From Epiperipatus broadwayi (Eukaryota > Animalia > Onychophora), in assembly GCA_028023455.1 (NCBI GenBank), contig JAQFVV010000007.1, forward strand, positions 18,042,001-18,106,000: 64,000 nt of DNA. The letters are read 5' to 3'. Below are positions 42,478 through 55,299 of the stretch, piece by piece. Numbering within the stretch: the first letter of the stretch is position 1; each line of letters opens with the position of its first letter. The notes beneath the pieces were generated by a model that saw only the letters and a program-made list of their open reading frames with translations, did not search any database and was not told the origin of the DNA. A program made the position numbers and the translations under genes.

Positions 42478-43990
42478 ATCATCATCATCATCATTATTTT
42501 CACCTCATTTTGATTCATTTGAGGATGATGACATTTCTATGTTTAATCCATTTTTCCAATTTTAGCCTTTCTGTTCCAAACCACACCAGCAAACTTCCTT
42601 ATTTTATTCATCCAGTTCACATGAGGTCACTTTCTATGTCATTTAAAATCTCATGGAATCTAATCTAAAACTTCAACTGTCCACCTTTTACCATTGCTTC
42701 AAACAATACATCTACTCTGCCTCCATTTCAGTGTCTTAATTCTTTCAATGATGCCAGTAAGATCTGTTTGCTCTTTCTCCTATGCATTTCACTTTCAATT
42801 TGTTCTTATAACTCCTAATGCACATCTCTCCACATTCTATTGAATGGTCTGAAGTCACCATATTGCTCTTCTGTTAAGCTTCCATGTTTCAGATCCATAA
42901 GTAAGAACTGTCAAAACACTTTAAAAATCTTTCTTTTTTTTCTCAAACAAATACGCATATTTTCTTTTAATTTTAAGGTATGTCTATCAAAAACAGTTCA
43001 TTCAAATTTAATTCTATAATTAATTTTGTCCATTATATTTCCATTTATATTAATAATTTGACCAAGGTATTTGTAGTAGTAATTTTTTCTAATTAATTAT
43101 TATTAATCTTTATGTTCATCTTTTGAGAAAATCCATTGATTTAACATTTATCTTTAGTCCTTTTTTTTTTTTTACTTTCATCTAATAATGTTGCAACATT
43201 TCCTGAAATTCTGAAGTATTATTTTAAAAAACAATTACATCTTTTGCAAAATGTAAATGATGTAAATAATCTCCATTTACTTTTAATCCCTTAGCTTTTC
43301 TTTTTAATTGTAAAACTGCTGAAATTTTTTTTAGAGATATGGAGTCACTTTATCATATACCTTTTTTAATATAATCTTCTCAATATAATTATGTAATTTA
43401 ATCACGGCTATTGCATTTTGATAAATATTCTTCAAAATATTACAATATTTTGGTCTATATTTTATTGATTCAATGCTTTAATTATTGTAAAAATGCTTAT
43501 AGAATCAAATGCCTTTTTGTAAACTACAAATAGTTATATTCAGTGATCCTTTCTATTACCTCTCAATACATAGATGTAATCCTCTGTGCTAAAACCATTT
43601 TAAAATCTTGCTTGTTCTTTGAGTTGGTTAAAATTCAAAATTTGTGGTAGGCAAGTTGTAATTGTCATGGTAAAAATTTTGTAGAGAACTGATAAAAAAT
43701 TGATAGATCTGCAGTTTCTAATATATTATTTATCATCTTTTTTAAGTATCAAAATTACTACTGTATTCTTCCAAATATCTGGTATATTTATATCATTTAG
43801 AAATTTGATATAACTTTGTCAACAATTATTTTATTTTTTCATCTGCGTCTCTATGATATCAATTATGATATCAATTGTAATTCCATCATTCCTGGGAGCT
43901 TTTTCTTTTTCATAGATTTAACTGTATGTCTCATTTCTTCATTTAAAACAATTATTACCCCAAGCATACACTTTAGACTTTAATTAACGA
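42478..43990 (-). mobile_element. Decayed RTE LINE (RT to 3' end) with (GAT)n tail
   Basis: atcatcatcatcatcatt tail at 42478-42495; minus-strand KAPRNDGI-like (~43890) and TYGSETW-like (~42890) motifs. Confidence 0.7.
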
Positions 43991-45559
43991 TGAATATATT
44001 TAGTATTATTAAACCCAACCACATAAAATAACTAATGGAACCTTTATGTGTTTTTTCCATGTATAATAATATAAAATTAATGGTTGCACTGTAGAACAAA
44101 ATAATCAAGCAGAAGATGGATGTATTTGCACATTCCTCTTTCACATGCTATGGCATAATATAAGAATAATATCTTTCACTCGTCTAACACTTGTGGTGCA
44201 TCAATTAATGCCCTGCTGCTCCACAAGATGTTACAAGACTTAACACATATTATCATCTCATATAAGCATAATATGAAGAGGGATCTTATCCTCTGGTTAG
44301 TTATTTTGTTCTACAGCTCAACTCTTACTTATTATATATACAATTCTTGCCGTGATGTATATAATAAGTTAATATTCAACAAGTTTCTAAATATAAGGAA
44401 GATATATCTTTCAGGGTTTTCTCATCCTTGTTTCACACTTCAGTTAAGAATTCTGAGATCCTTACTATATTGATTGGTTTTCTTGCTTTGATATAAATCA
44501 GGCATTAGGAAAAATACTAAGTTAGTTTAAAATCTAGCCAAGATGTATTCTTAATCAGTAGTTTGTTAGATAAATATGCCATCCATTATATTAGGAGGCT
44601 TTTCCAATATATGTAAGACACAGCCACAGATCTCAAGCTTAAATAAAATAATTTATATATGATATTTAAATATAATAACCAGTTAGTTGTTGGCACTTAC
44701 AGTTTTATATATAGAGAAAAATTATAATGGGGAGTTTTCCATATATTAAGTTAGAATAAACAATCACTCGTGATATAATCAGTTAGTCACAAATTAAAAC
44801 TGATATTCTAAGATAAACTGTGCTATCTGAAATTATCTATTGTGTTTTTTCAATTTTACTTTAAGTTTTTAAAAGATTGGATGTTTTTAGCTTAACACTC
44901 AAAATCTAATATGTATAGTAAATCAGACCAAATACTTTACTACGAGTAAGAACATGATATTTATAAGCTCCTTGAACCTTGATAAGAAACTAAGTTTTTC
45001 CCACGAGAGTAACATGTATAAAGTAGATCCTTTCTCAGATTGAAGATGTAAACATTGAAATTATAAGGGGAGTTTTCCATGTTTTAAATTAGAAAAAAAC
45101 ATTCAGCTGTGATATAACTAGGTAATCACCAATTAATATGAATAGTTCAAGATGAATCACTGATCTATATATTAACAGTAGCATTTGTCTCATTTTGATT
45201 TAAGCAAAAAGATAACTACCTTTTTTTAAAAAAAAGTAAGAAGTGTGGTAAAAATTCAAAATATGTCTTTGGTGAGATTTGAATATCTTCCAATGTCATT
45301 GATTTAATGTGTGTCAGGTCTGAATAAATAATATTTGACTTTTGTTGGTGGCAAATATCCACCATTTATTACTACAAATTTTATATCATAGTTGTTTTTG
45401 GAATTGCTCAATAATTTCAACGAGCCTTAACATTTATAGCTGCATTATATCATCATCATCACCATCATCAGCTATTCACAAATGGATATGGCTAGTCCAA
45501 AGTCAAAGAAAAACTACTCTAGATGAGATTTTTGATGACTATGTAACCTATTTTGTGAT

Positions 45560-46000
45560 ATGAGCACATCCACATATACAACATTCTAGTCCATTTTCCT
45601 GTTCATTTGCTATTTTGTGATGCTGTCTTTTAACTTGTTCTAAAATATTTTGACACTGTGTCTAAATATAGTTGACCAATAGACTCTTATTCTCTGCAAT
45701 CTCTTCCAATGAAAACAATCAACATTACATTTTTTAGAATGTCCTTGAGATAATCCTTATATTGTAAATGAGACCTACTGCCCATAAAAACTATGCTTAA
45801 GTTTGCCATAAAACATCTTTTTAGAAAAACATATTGTTCATTTGTTAACATGCTTAATTTTACAATAGCAGAACTCTATGGTATTATATTCAACAAGTTG
45901 AAGAACATATTGATTGTTCCTAAGATCTTATCTTTGTATTCTTAACATTTTGTGGGGGGGTTCTTAAATGAAACTTTTGTAATGTTTTTATATCAAATTC
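45560..46000 (-). mobile_element. BovB-like RTE 3' fragment
   Basis: Minus-strand reading HLQYKDYLKDILK(K)CNVDCFH(W)EEIAENKSL(W) across frameshifts, followed by ECCICG. Confidence 0.65.
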
Positions 46001-48164
46001 AAAAAATGTCCAAGTCTCCATATAATAACTTAGATAAAATAACAATTCTATATATAACAAATTGATGGATAATAGTTACTTCCCTGTGTTGAAATTTTGT
46101 TTGTTAGCTTGTTAAAAGCAATAGAACACCTCAACATCTAAAACCACTGTTTATTTATAATATCAACATATTTTAATTGTCTTACACTTTCAAGTTACAT
46201 TATGTATGTTATATATATTAATGTTATATTCTATCATCTCAACTACTAATGATTGTATGAAAGGCATTCTATCTATTCATAAAATTTTAAATATAGTATA
46301 AGGAAATAGTTTATGACTGTTTTTTTCCTCATGTAGTTTCAAATGAAATTTTTTGTTCACATGACTGGGATCAACTGTTTCCAACTACATCCTACATGAC
46401 TTTGTTAATATAAATAAAAGTAATGAAACAAGAAAAAATAAACAAAACAAAATAAAAATAAATACAGATCCTCTTTGTGAAGAATGGTTAAAAGAGTTAA
46501 AAAGTAATTCACTGTAGATTTTATTATATATTAATATTTAGCTATGGTGGTTTAAGCCTACCATATTCATGCTCACTTTTTGTGAGCCCTTTCCTCACAA
46601 AGAAGTGTGTGTGTGTGTGTATATATATAATGAGGTTAACTGTTGATTTAATAAAAAATAGCAGTAGCAAATGCTATACAGTAGTGCCACCCAGTGCAAG
46701 CCAGAATAATCAATGGATGCAAGAAGGTTTGTGCATAAAATCCCTATCAAAGACCTATGAAAAGTTTGTTACTGTATTCACAACCTGTGTAAGTGTATGA
46801 AATGGAGTCACAGTAGGTAGACAATTAGAAGATCCTAGGTTTGATTTTGGCTCTTACAGGTCTAATCCTCAAACTTTATATAAACTCCCAAGCAATAAAG
46901 CCATATGCCTTTATATATATATATATAAATAATTTAAAAATGCAGATGCACTCATTTGTCTTTAACCAACATTTAAATTTTATATCTGGAATAGAGGGAA
47001 TCTCTAATTTAATAAATAATTAATAATAATGGTTAACATATTTATTTGAAGTAGTTGGTATCAAAATTGAGGGTACAGAAAGTTGATACTTGTAAATCAA
47101 ATTGTAATAGACTATACAGAGTATAAATTTTATGAAATAATATGCAAATTATATTAATAAATTAAAATATATCAACATACACATTTTATTTGTATTTTAT
47201 CTAATGTCTGTTTTTTTGTCAAGTTCACCTTAATTACATTGTCTTAATTTCAATTGTTTTTTTTCTTTATTTTCTCTACTCGTGTGATGTTTTGTTCGTT
47301 ATTTCAATAGTTATGGACTTTCAACTATAACTGGCATCAATTTTTCTTTGTTGGTGCGATAAAAGATTTGATTTTTAAATATGCAGTATATCTATGTTAT
47401 TTAAAAATGTATCATATATAAAATTCCCATTTTTTTCTGCTGATTAGTAAATGTATATTTGTTTGTAAGGCTGTCGTGTATCAAATTCACAACCAACTAA
47501 AAAAGCTGTGATGTTTGTCCATATTATGAAGAATATTTTATGTGAAGTAAGTAATTTCACCATTAATAGTTTTCCATAATGTTGTCAAATTCACATATCA
47601 AATATTAACAGACATATTTAATAATTTTAATTTTAATTTAGAGGCTTAAATTTGATTATGAACATTTATAAAATTCAAAGCAAGCAATTATGCAAAGCAA
47701 AGAAAGTTTGTTAAAACAACCAATTAAAAAAAAAAAAAAACTACAAAAACGATGGCCTTTCAGGTTGGCTAGGAAGTAATTCCACCATTAATAAACCGTA
47801 ATATAAAAATGACATCCTTTGTATATTTATCACATTTATTTATATATTAAAATGTTTTGTTTAATTTACATTAAATCTTAAAAAAATTTAGTAAAGCAAA
47901 GCAATTACAAAAAACCCGTTTTTATAGACTGGGTACATCTGGTATATATATATATAATAAGATTTGGAATTAAGATTAAATCAAATTTTTAAGCAAAGAA
48001 ACTAAAAACCTATGACAGTGAGATATCTTTTGGAGTAAAGATCATTATATTGCCAAGAAAAGTCTATACTTTACATTATTATTATTTTTTGCCTGACTAT
48101 AATATATGCGGGATTTTGTCACTATTTGAAGATTGCATAATTGACATTGGTTGCCTTATGTTAA

Positions 48165-48612
48165 TTTGTGCATGGGTAGAATAGCAGACTCTAAAATTCA
48201 GGATTCAAAAATCACAGCTCATCTGTTATTGTGATGCTTAAACTTCTTGTGAAGTCCCAGCATATTTGGTGCAATGGTATAATGGCAGACTCTGGGATTA
48301 AAGGTCTATAGATTGTGGATTTCAAATTTCTTATAAACTTTTAGCACAGAGATAGAGTGATGGAATATGAAGATCAGGAGCTATGGATTGTTAATCCAGA
48401 TCTGTCACTTCTGGTTATTGAACTTCTGGCATAGTTTGATATAGTGGAAAAGTATCAGGTTCTGAATCTCAAGTCTATGGATTGTGATTCCAGATCTCAA
48501 ACTCTTTATGAACTTTCTGCATGATTGGGTGAAGTTGTAATCTGGAGTTTAAAGTCCAAAGATCATAGCATAGTTCTTTCACTTCTGTTGCTTGATCTTC
48601 TTATAAGCTCCA
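48165..48612 (+). repeat. Tandem array of about five degenerate tRNA(Gln)-like ~88-bp units
   Basis: Units start GCAT.. with A-box-like TGGTGCAATGG / TGATATAGTGG, then CAGACTCTGG(A)..GGATTGTGATTCCAGATC..CTTATGAACT. Confidence 0.6.
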
Positions 48613-49429
48613 AAGTGATAAATGATTCCTTATTTTGTTTTTTGATGTCGATTCAAATATAGAAACCAGTAAATTTAATTAATACTATATTTCATGGAAC
48701 AAGTGAGTCCAGATATGTTACTAAGACAATTTACATGCAAGGTCCCAAGGAATAATTTGAATAAATCTAATGTCCACCCTTTTTTTATATCAATGCCCAT
48801 CTATTTTGTCAAATAAAAGATGGTACTTTTACTTGACTTTTGGTTTCTTATATAGTAATAAATCAAATGCAACATTCTTTTTCATCACCTCTATGTCATT
48901 TTCTGTAAGCTTTAATAAGTAATAATGGATGAGAGGATAATGCTTAATAAATCTTTATCCTTTGCTACAGTGCTATACTATCCAATCTCTCTAGACTTAT
49001 TATGTCAATATTTATAGTGCCTCTACAACTGATTTTGTAATATTTATTACCTGGTAGGTGGTTGGTATGATCCAGTTAAAACAGTATATACTTTTATTGC
49101 AATAAATTATACATGTATGCATGGAATATTAATTCATTTATATTAGTAATACTTGTTGTATATATTTAAATAAATTTTGTATAAGTAATTTATATTCACA
49201 TGGTTTATACTATAGTCATAGATTACCATGAGCCATTTTACTAATAAAATAGCAAAAATGCATTTTAAATGGTTGATATGGACTGAACTTTATATGCTAC
49301 ATAAAATAACTATGTCACATATTTACAATCATAGTAGACAACTTGTTTCATAAGTCAATAATGTTAAAGGTTTTGCAGTAGAGTTTACTATATAAATATA
49401 TGATATATTAAAGAATTGTATTATTTGTT

Positions 49430-49850
49430 AAATCTTAAATGAATCATCAGTGTTCATGGCTAGACCTCAAATTCTAGCAATATACAAATTTAGAAAAACC
49501 TGAAGTCACAAAATTGCTGAAAAATCTAAATAATATTCTCCTGCTTAACTTTAATCGATATCCATAATAGCTAAGTATTAATAAAGTAATGAGATAAATT
49601 TATTTTGAACTTTGTAGCAAACTGTCCACATTATGGAACAAATACTTTGTATAGTTACAAATAAAATACTGCTTTAAACTAAGAGAAATAAATGTTTCAT
49701 TAGATACACATATGTCTATTCAAATTTATCAGCCATTGATCTTTGTAAATGTGGCCAAATACAAACTATGAATCACATCATTAATGATTGTCAAATTTAT
49801 GGTTACAGTGGTAGATTTGCACTAGGAAATTTATCTCCTGGTTGAAATGT
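49430..49850 (+). mobile_element. Vingi/Ingi-like LINE 3' fragment
   Basis: LCKCGQIQTMNHIINDCQIY (CXCX7HX4C) at ~49740-49800. Confidence 0.55.
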
Positions 49851-50012
49851 CTATAGATTTCTTTAAAGTATAATTTTAATAGTTAAGCTGTTTAAATTCA
49901 TACACTAAATAAATATACACATGTCTACATTAATGTAGAAATAAGTTGATATTTTAAAAATTACAACCAATGTACATTTGTCTGCAGGTTTGTGATGATG
50001 GTATATTATTAG

Positions 50013-50499
50013 ATATGATATGTTGGACTATTTCCATAATCTATGAGTGAATGTTGAATGTATAGAAAATTTTAAACTTTATTTAAACTTTTCAAATACA
50101 AACAACTTGTTAGTAATAACATACAAATAGACAACACAGATTAGTAATTACACAACATTTTGAGCAGTATTATTCTCTACTCTTCTTCAGATTTTGCTGG
50201 CTTGATATGCACAGTGACAGTATTTGCATAGCTTAGTTGGTTAGAACATTTGCCTTAAATTTGATATTCAAAAATCTAAAGATGTGAGTTCAATTTCTAT
50301 GTGAATATTGTCACTGTGCATATAAGGCCAGCAACACCTGAAGAAAAGTGGAGAATAATACTACTCAAAACATTATGTAGGTGTCTCTTTGTGTGTTACT
50401 AACAAGTTGTTTGTATTTGAAAAGTTTAAATAAAATTTAAAATATTGTATTCATTCAACATTAACTCATAGATGATGGAAATAGTCCAACATATCATAT
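50013..50499. mobile_element. Foldback element with a tRNA-like head at the apex (arms 50013-50231 and 50297-50499) and an HHR-like core in each arm
   Basis: The loop holds A-box-like TAGCTTAGTTGG and B-box-like GAGTTCAATTTC; the arms hold CTGAAGA-(A)GAGTAG-agaataata-CTACTC-AAAA(C). Confidence 0.8.
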
Positions 50500-51599
50500 G
50501 TAACAACTAATGTACATGTCTACATTCAAACAAATAGTTGTAAATCTTGGGGGAATACATTAATGGTTTCTAAGATACATTCAAACCAAAGTAGTATTTT
50601 CATTTTTCAAAACAAACTGGTCTTTTCACTTAGGTCAAACCATACATACTCACATTGCTCATATCATTAATGTTTATTTGCACTGTTCATATATATATAC
50701 TTGTAATGTTACCAAAGTTATGCTTATAAAATCAGAGCTCCCAGGAATAGATGGATTCATTCTATTCTTGATCCTCTGTGTAACATTTAAAATGCTTTTA
50801 ATTTATAGCTTGGGGAAGGGTGATTTACTCTCTCTATTTACATATGCCTTGAGTTATGTTTAATTTAAAGTTTACATCTATATCTTTTTTTACACAGATA
50901 ACTAATGATCTCCATTTTTTATATGTCATCTCTTTTTACTAACAAATCACGATTGTTTATTTGTAAAAATCTAGCTTTTAACAATAAAGTTGGGAATTAA
51001 TTAGGATATTTTTAGGTTAAAATTTTTTTTAATTTTTTTAAAATGCAAATTTACTTTATCATTTGGTAGATCTATTTCCAAATGATTTTTTTTAGCTCGT
51101 GTCATTGTTTTTAAATAAAATATTAAAATGGAATATTAAAATAAATTGCTCTGCATTTAAATTGATTTTAGAAATATGATTTTTTTTTTCAAAAAGTAAT
51201 AAAATAAAATGGAACCTCTTCAAAATTTGTATATATTTTTTCAGCTCCTACTATTCCCACTGCTATAATTAATCAATTATAAATACTAAAAAAGACAAAT
51301 AATTTTCCAGGAATTTTTTTTCAGAAAAAAATCAAGTTTGATAATTAAGAAGAAAGTATAATTTAATGAAAGATGTTTTAGTGGTAAGTGGAAATAAAAA
51401 GAATGGAAAAGATTGACATTATTGGATGATATAAGAGATGGGAAGAGTTAGTAGGAATTGATGAGCTGGGCGATGAAGAGAATGAAGTGAAAAATGAATG
51501 AATTGGTGATATGATTATTCTCTGTACCGGTTCATGAGACAGAATGCTGTTGATGATGATCGATGATGAATCATGAATTAGACAAAGTTGACTATTATA

Positions 51600-52117
51600 A
51601 ATACTTTTGTCAAGTTATTAATACCAGGGAAATATAATGGATGAAATTAATTATAGAATTACAATGGATAGATAGTTTTTGATGTATGTGTATTTGTTTA
51701 TAGATGTGTTTTTTCAGTTCTTACTTTTGGATCTGATACTTGGATACTTAATAGAAGAGCAATATAGAGACTTCAGACTATTCAATTGAAGTATGGAGGA
51801 ATGCATGTTGGAAATAAGAAGAGAGCAAACAAAATACTTAGATGAAAGAACTAATAACAATCATATATTATTGATATCATTGAAAGAATTAAGAAACTGA
51901 AATGGAGCTTTGGACATGTTGCAGAAGCGATCATAATTGATGGATAGTTGGACTTATAAACTAGATTCCAAGAGATTTTAAAAGACTTAGGAAGAGGCAA
52001 CCTTTGAGATGAATAGAGTGATTCAGAATCGTGAGGCAGTAAATCGGAAAAACTGGAATTGGAGATCATTACCCTGTAATGGGTCAACAATGTTTAAAAA
52101 TATGATGATGATGATTA
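51600..52117 (+). mobile_element. RTE LINE 3' fragment with (ATG)n tail; a second tail fragment at ~51380-51570
   Basis: IIERIKKLKWSFGHVA, then KRLRKRQP; ends in atgatgatgatgatt. Confidence 0.7.
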
Positions 52118-53839
52118 AAAATATTCTGCATTATATATATTGAATGCAGCTATCAAACTAATTTGAACTTTATTGAAATAAGTTATATTAATATTTTTTT
52201 GAATTATTATCGAAAACGTAAATTGTTTTGTATTATATATCGTCTAATATTTCATATATCAATTTCGTAATAGTAATCAATTTAAAATTAGAACAAGGTC
52301 AATTTTTAGTTATTTCTAGACATCCAAGCAGGAAGTAATGCAAAATAAATGAAAGTTTTACATTTGTGCAACAATTAAAAATTTTGTAATTTAAATTACA
52401 TAAGAAATACCCTCTCAGTTTTAATTCGTTTAAAATTTGAAATATCATTACAGTATACTGCTATCCACGTGTTCTTTATGCTAAACAATCGATTTATCTA
52501 AAAATAAATTGATTTACATACAATAGGTAAATCCATAAATAATTTCACAAATTGGGAAGTTTTAGATGTATGGATTCAGGAAGAATGAAAACACAACGTG
52601 AAGGAATTCAAAAAGCATATTGAAAAGGACTGCATAGAGTACAGAAAAATAGGTAAGAGAAAAAAGAAAAAAAAAGAGATTTTAAGAAGAGAAATAATTA
52701 AGAATATCTGAGAAGCAGAATCAATATATACAAAAAAATTTGGAGAAGATAGAATGTTTTTGAAAATGGGTCGTGCTGTTTGGCATTATATTCATAATGA
52801 TGAAATGAATCTTTTTTAAATAAAATTTTTAATTTGAAATGTTAAGATAAGTTATGTTAAGAAAATCAAGCAACCCTAAACTTGCTTACAGTAGAGACCG
52901 CAATTAGAGAATTAAGTAGAGAACGTAGTCAAAAGAACTGCAAATTATTTTAAAATCATTTTTCTAATTAGTTGTTTGGACGATTTACTCATGCTTAATT
53001 TTGATGCATTGCTGCTCTCTGATTTAGTTAGTTAATGATGGGAGGGGGGTATTTATTGCATTAAGCTTTTTGCTTTCTTTTGACTTTTATGAAAGTAGAT
53101 ATTTCTTCATTACAAAAAGCACCAAGACCTGTAATATATTTCAGCAAAGGACATATAATCCCATTTGTGAGATGATCTTTGCAAAAAACAGTGTTGAATG
53201 GTGTATTAAATTGCGAATATAAGTATATAATTTAAAAACAATTACTAATGCTTTTCAGAAGGCATAAATTATGATATTCTACTACATGCTCAAAACTCCT
53301 ATAACATTGTCATACTCAAGGTTTGAGGTTTAAGTTTAGGTCAGGTAATCATGGAAATGAAATATAAGTAGACTTACAAGTGACTGGTCCATGATCACCC
53401 TCATGATAATTAAGTGTCTAGCTACTATTAGTTAGATGATAAGATTTCCATGTTAATCAGATTTGTTTAGGTAAGTGCTGATGTGAAATGTGTGGATATA
53501 ATATGAAGTAGCCTTCACTGTTGCCAGAGGAGATGTCATGCTTTTATGGTTGTGAGAACATGGTTTATATTTTAAATAATATAATAATTTATAGGATTCA
53601 ATTGGTTTTTTTAAAACTTTTCCATAATATTTATTGCTTTTTAAATATATTCCCAATTATTTATTTTTATTTATTTAACCATCTACCTCTATATATATAT
53701 GAAAAACAAAAAACACAAGTTAAAAACTTGCATACGCTTGTATTTATGACAATAGATGGCGTTATACCAAAAACACCTTCAAGCATTTGTTTACATAAAC
53801 GTCAGAGCGAGTATTTCACTATCTCTAACTTAATTTCCA

Positions 53840-53883
53840 CCTTCATATCATGATTTTAAGCTATTTGCTATCGTCAGTGAAGG
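53840..53883 (-). pseudogene. Hammerhead copy with G12A core substitution (identical copy at 54241-54284)
   Basis: The minus strand reads ..GCTT-AAAA-TCATGATA-TGAAGG instead of GAAA. Confidence 0.75.
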
Positions 53884-54746
53884 ACAGGATTAAGAAACTA
53901 GATCTAAAACACAAACTCTGAGCGTTTAAGAAACAGTTTCTATTCAGCTTGCGAGCGTGAATCTTTTAGACACGTAATGTCTTCAAACTCAGCATCGCAT
54001 GCCAGATAGCTACATGGGTCTGATATCAGTTCAGCATCACCACATAGTAGAAGTCTCTGCAATATATATCATTGCAAGAAAGACCTCAAAGGTACATTTA
54101 TGAAAAACAAAAAACACAAGTTAAAAACTTGCATACGCTTGTATTTATGACAATAAATGGCGTTATACCAAAAACACCTTCAAGCATTTGTTTACATAAA
54201 TGTCAGAGCGAGTATTTCACTATCTCTAACTTAATTTCCACCTTCATATCATGATTTTAAGCTATTTGCTATCGTCAGTGAAGGACAGGATTAAGAAACT
54301 AGATCTAAAACACAAACTCTGAGCATTTAAGAAACAGTTTCTATTCAGCTTGCGAGCGTGAATCTTTTAGACACGTAATGTCTTCAAACTCAGCATCGCA
54401 TGCCAGATAGTGAAATACTCACTCTGACATTTATGTAAACAAATGCTTGAAGGTGTTTTTGGTATAACGCCATCTATTGTCATAAATACAAGTGTATGCA
54501 AGTTTTTAACTTGTGTTTTTTGTTTTTCATAAATGTACCTTTGAGGTCTTTCTTGCAATGATATATATTGCAGAGACTTCTACTATGTGGTGATGCTGAA
54601 CTGATATCAGACCCATGTAGCTATCTGGCATGCGATGCTGAGTTTGAAGACATTACGTGTCTAAAAGATTCACGCTCGCAAGCTGAATAGAAACTGTTTC
54701 TTAAACGCTCAGAGTTTGTGTTTTAGATCTAGTTTCTTAATCCTGT

Positions 54747-54790
54747 CCTTCACTGACGATAGCAAATAGCTTGAAATCATGATATGAGGG
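54747..54790 (+). ncRNA. Minimal type I hammerhead ribozyme
   Basis: CCTTCA / CTGACGA / TAGC-AAATA-GCTT / GAAA / TCATGA-TA / TGAGGG: stem I (one G-U pair), intact core, palindromic stem III ATCATGAT, AUA cleavage after 54784. Confidence 0.8.
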
Positions 54791-55147
54791 TGGAAATTAA
54801 GTTAGAGATAGTGAAATACTCACTCTGACATTTATGTAAACAAACGCTTGAAGGTGTTTTTGGTATAACGTCATCTATTGTCATAAATACAAGCGTATGC
54901 AAGTTTTTAACTGGTGTTTTTTGTTTTTCATAAATGTACCTTTGAGGTCTTTCTTGCAATGATATATATTGCAGAGACTTCTACTATGTGGTGATGCTGA
55001 ACTGATATCAGACCCATGTAGCTATCTGGCATGTGATGCTGAGTTTGAAGACATTAGGTGTCTAAAAGATTCACGCTCGCAAGCTGAATAGAAACTGTTT
55101 CTTAAATGCTCAGAGTTTGTGTTTTAGATCTAGTTTCTTAATCCTGT

Positions 55148-55191
55148 CCTTCACTGATGATAGCAAATAGCTTGAAATCATGATATGAAGG
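55148..55191 (+). ncRNA. Minimal type I hammerhead ribozyme (best copy)
   Basis: CCTTCA / CTGATGA / TAGC-AAATA-GCTT / GAAA / TCATGA-TA / TGAAGG: perfect 6-bp stem I and all core nucleotides; U-U at 10.1-11.1. Confidence 0.85.
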
Positions 55192-55299
55192 TGGAAATTA
55201 AGTTAGAGATAGTGAAATACTCGCTCTGACGTTTATGTAAACAAACACTTGAAGGTGTTTTTGGTATAACGCCATCTATTGTCATATATATATATATAT

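Larger units (their letters stand above)
53699..55286. mobile_element. Young 401-bp retrozyme-like tandem array (family A): about 1.8 copies in one orientation (53699-54410) and about 2.2 copies inverted (54405-55286), flanked by (TA)n
   Basis: Near-identical copies with an exact period of 401 (HHR at 53840, 54241, 54747, 55148); the inversion junction shares AGATAG (54405-54410); (AT)n runs at 53690-53700 and 55284-55300. Confidence 0.95.

Noticed and set aside
54600-54660. Pol III A/B boxes in the 401-bp unit (TAGCTATCTGG, GAGTTTGAAGAC)
   Set aside because: Both match poorly and their spacing is too short.
53521-54959. Repeated 60-110 aa ORFs (MQERPQRYIYEKQK..)
   Set aside because: They simply recur with the 401-bp unit, start at non-ATG codons and resemble no domain I know; the hammerhead explains the repeat better.
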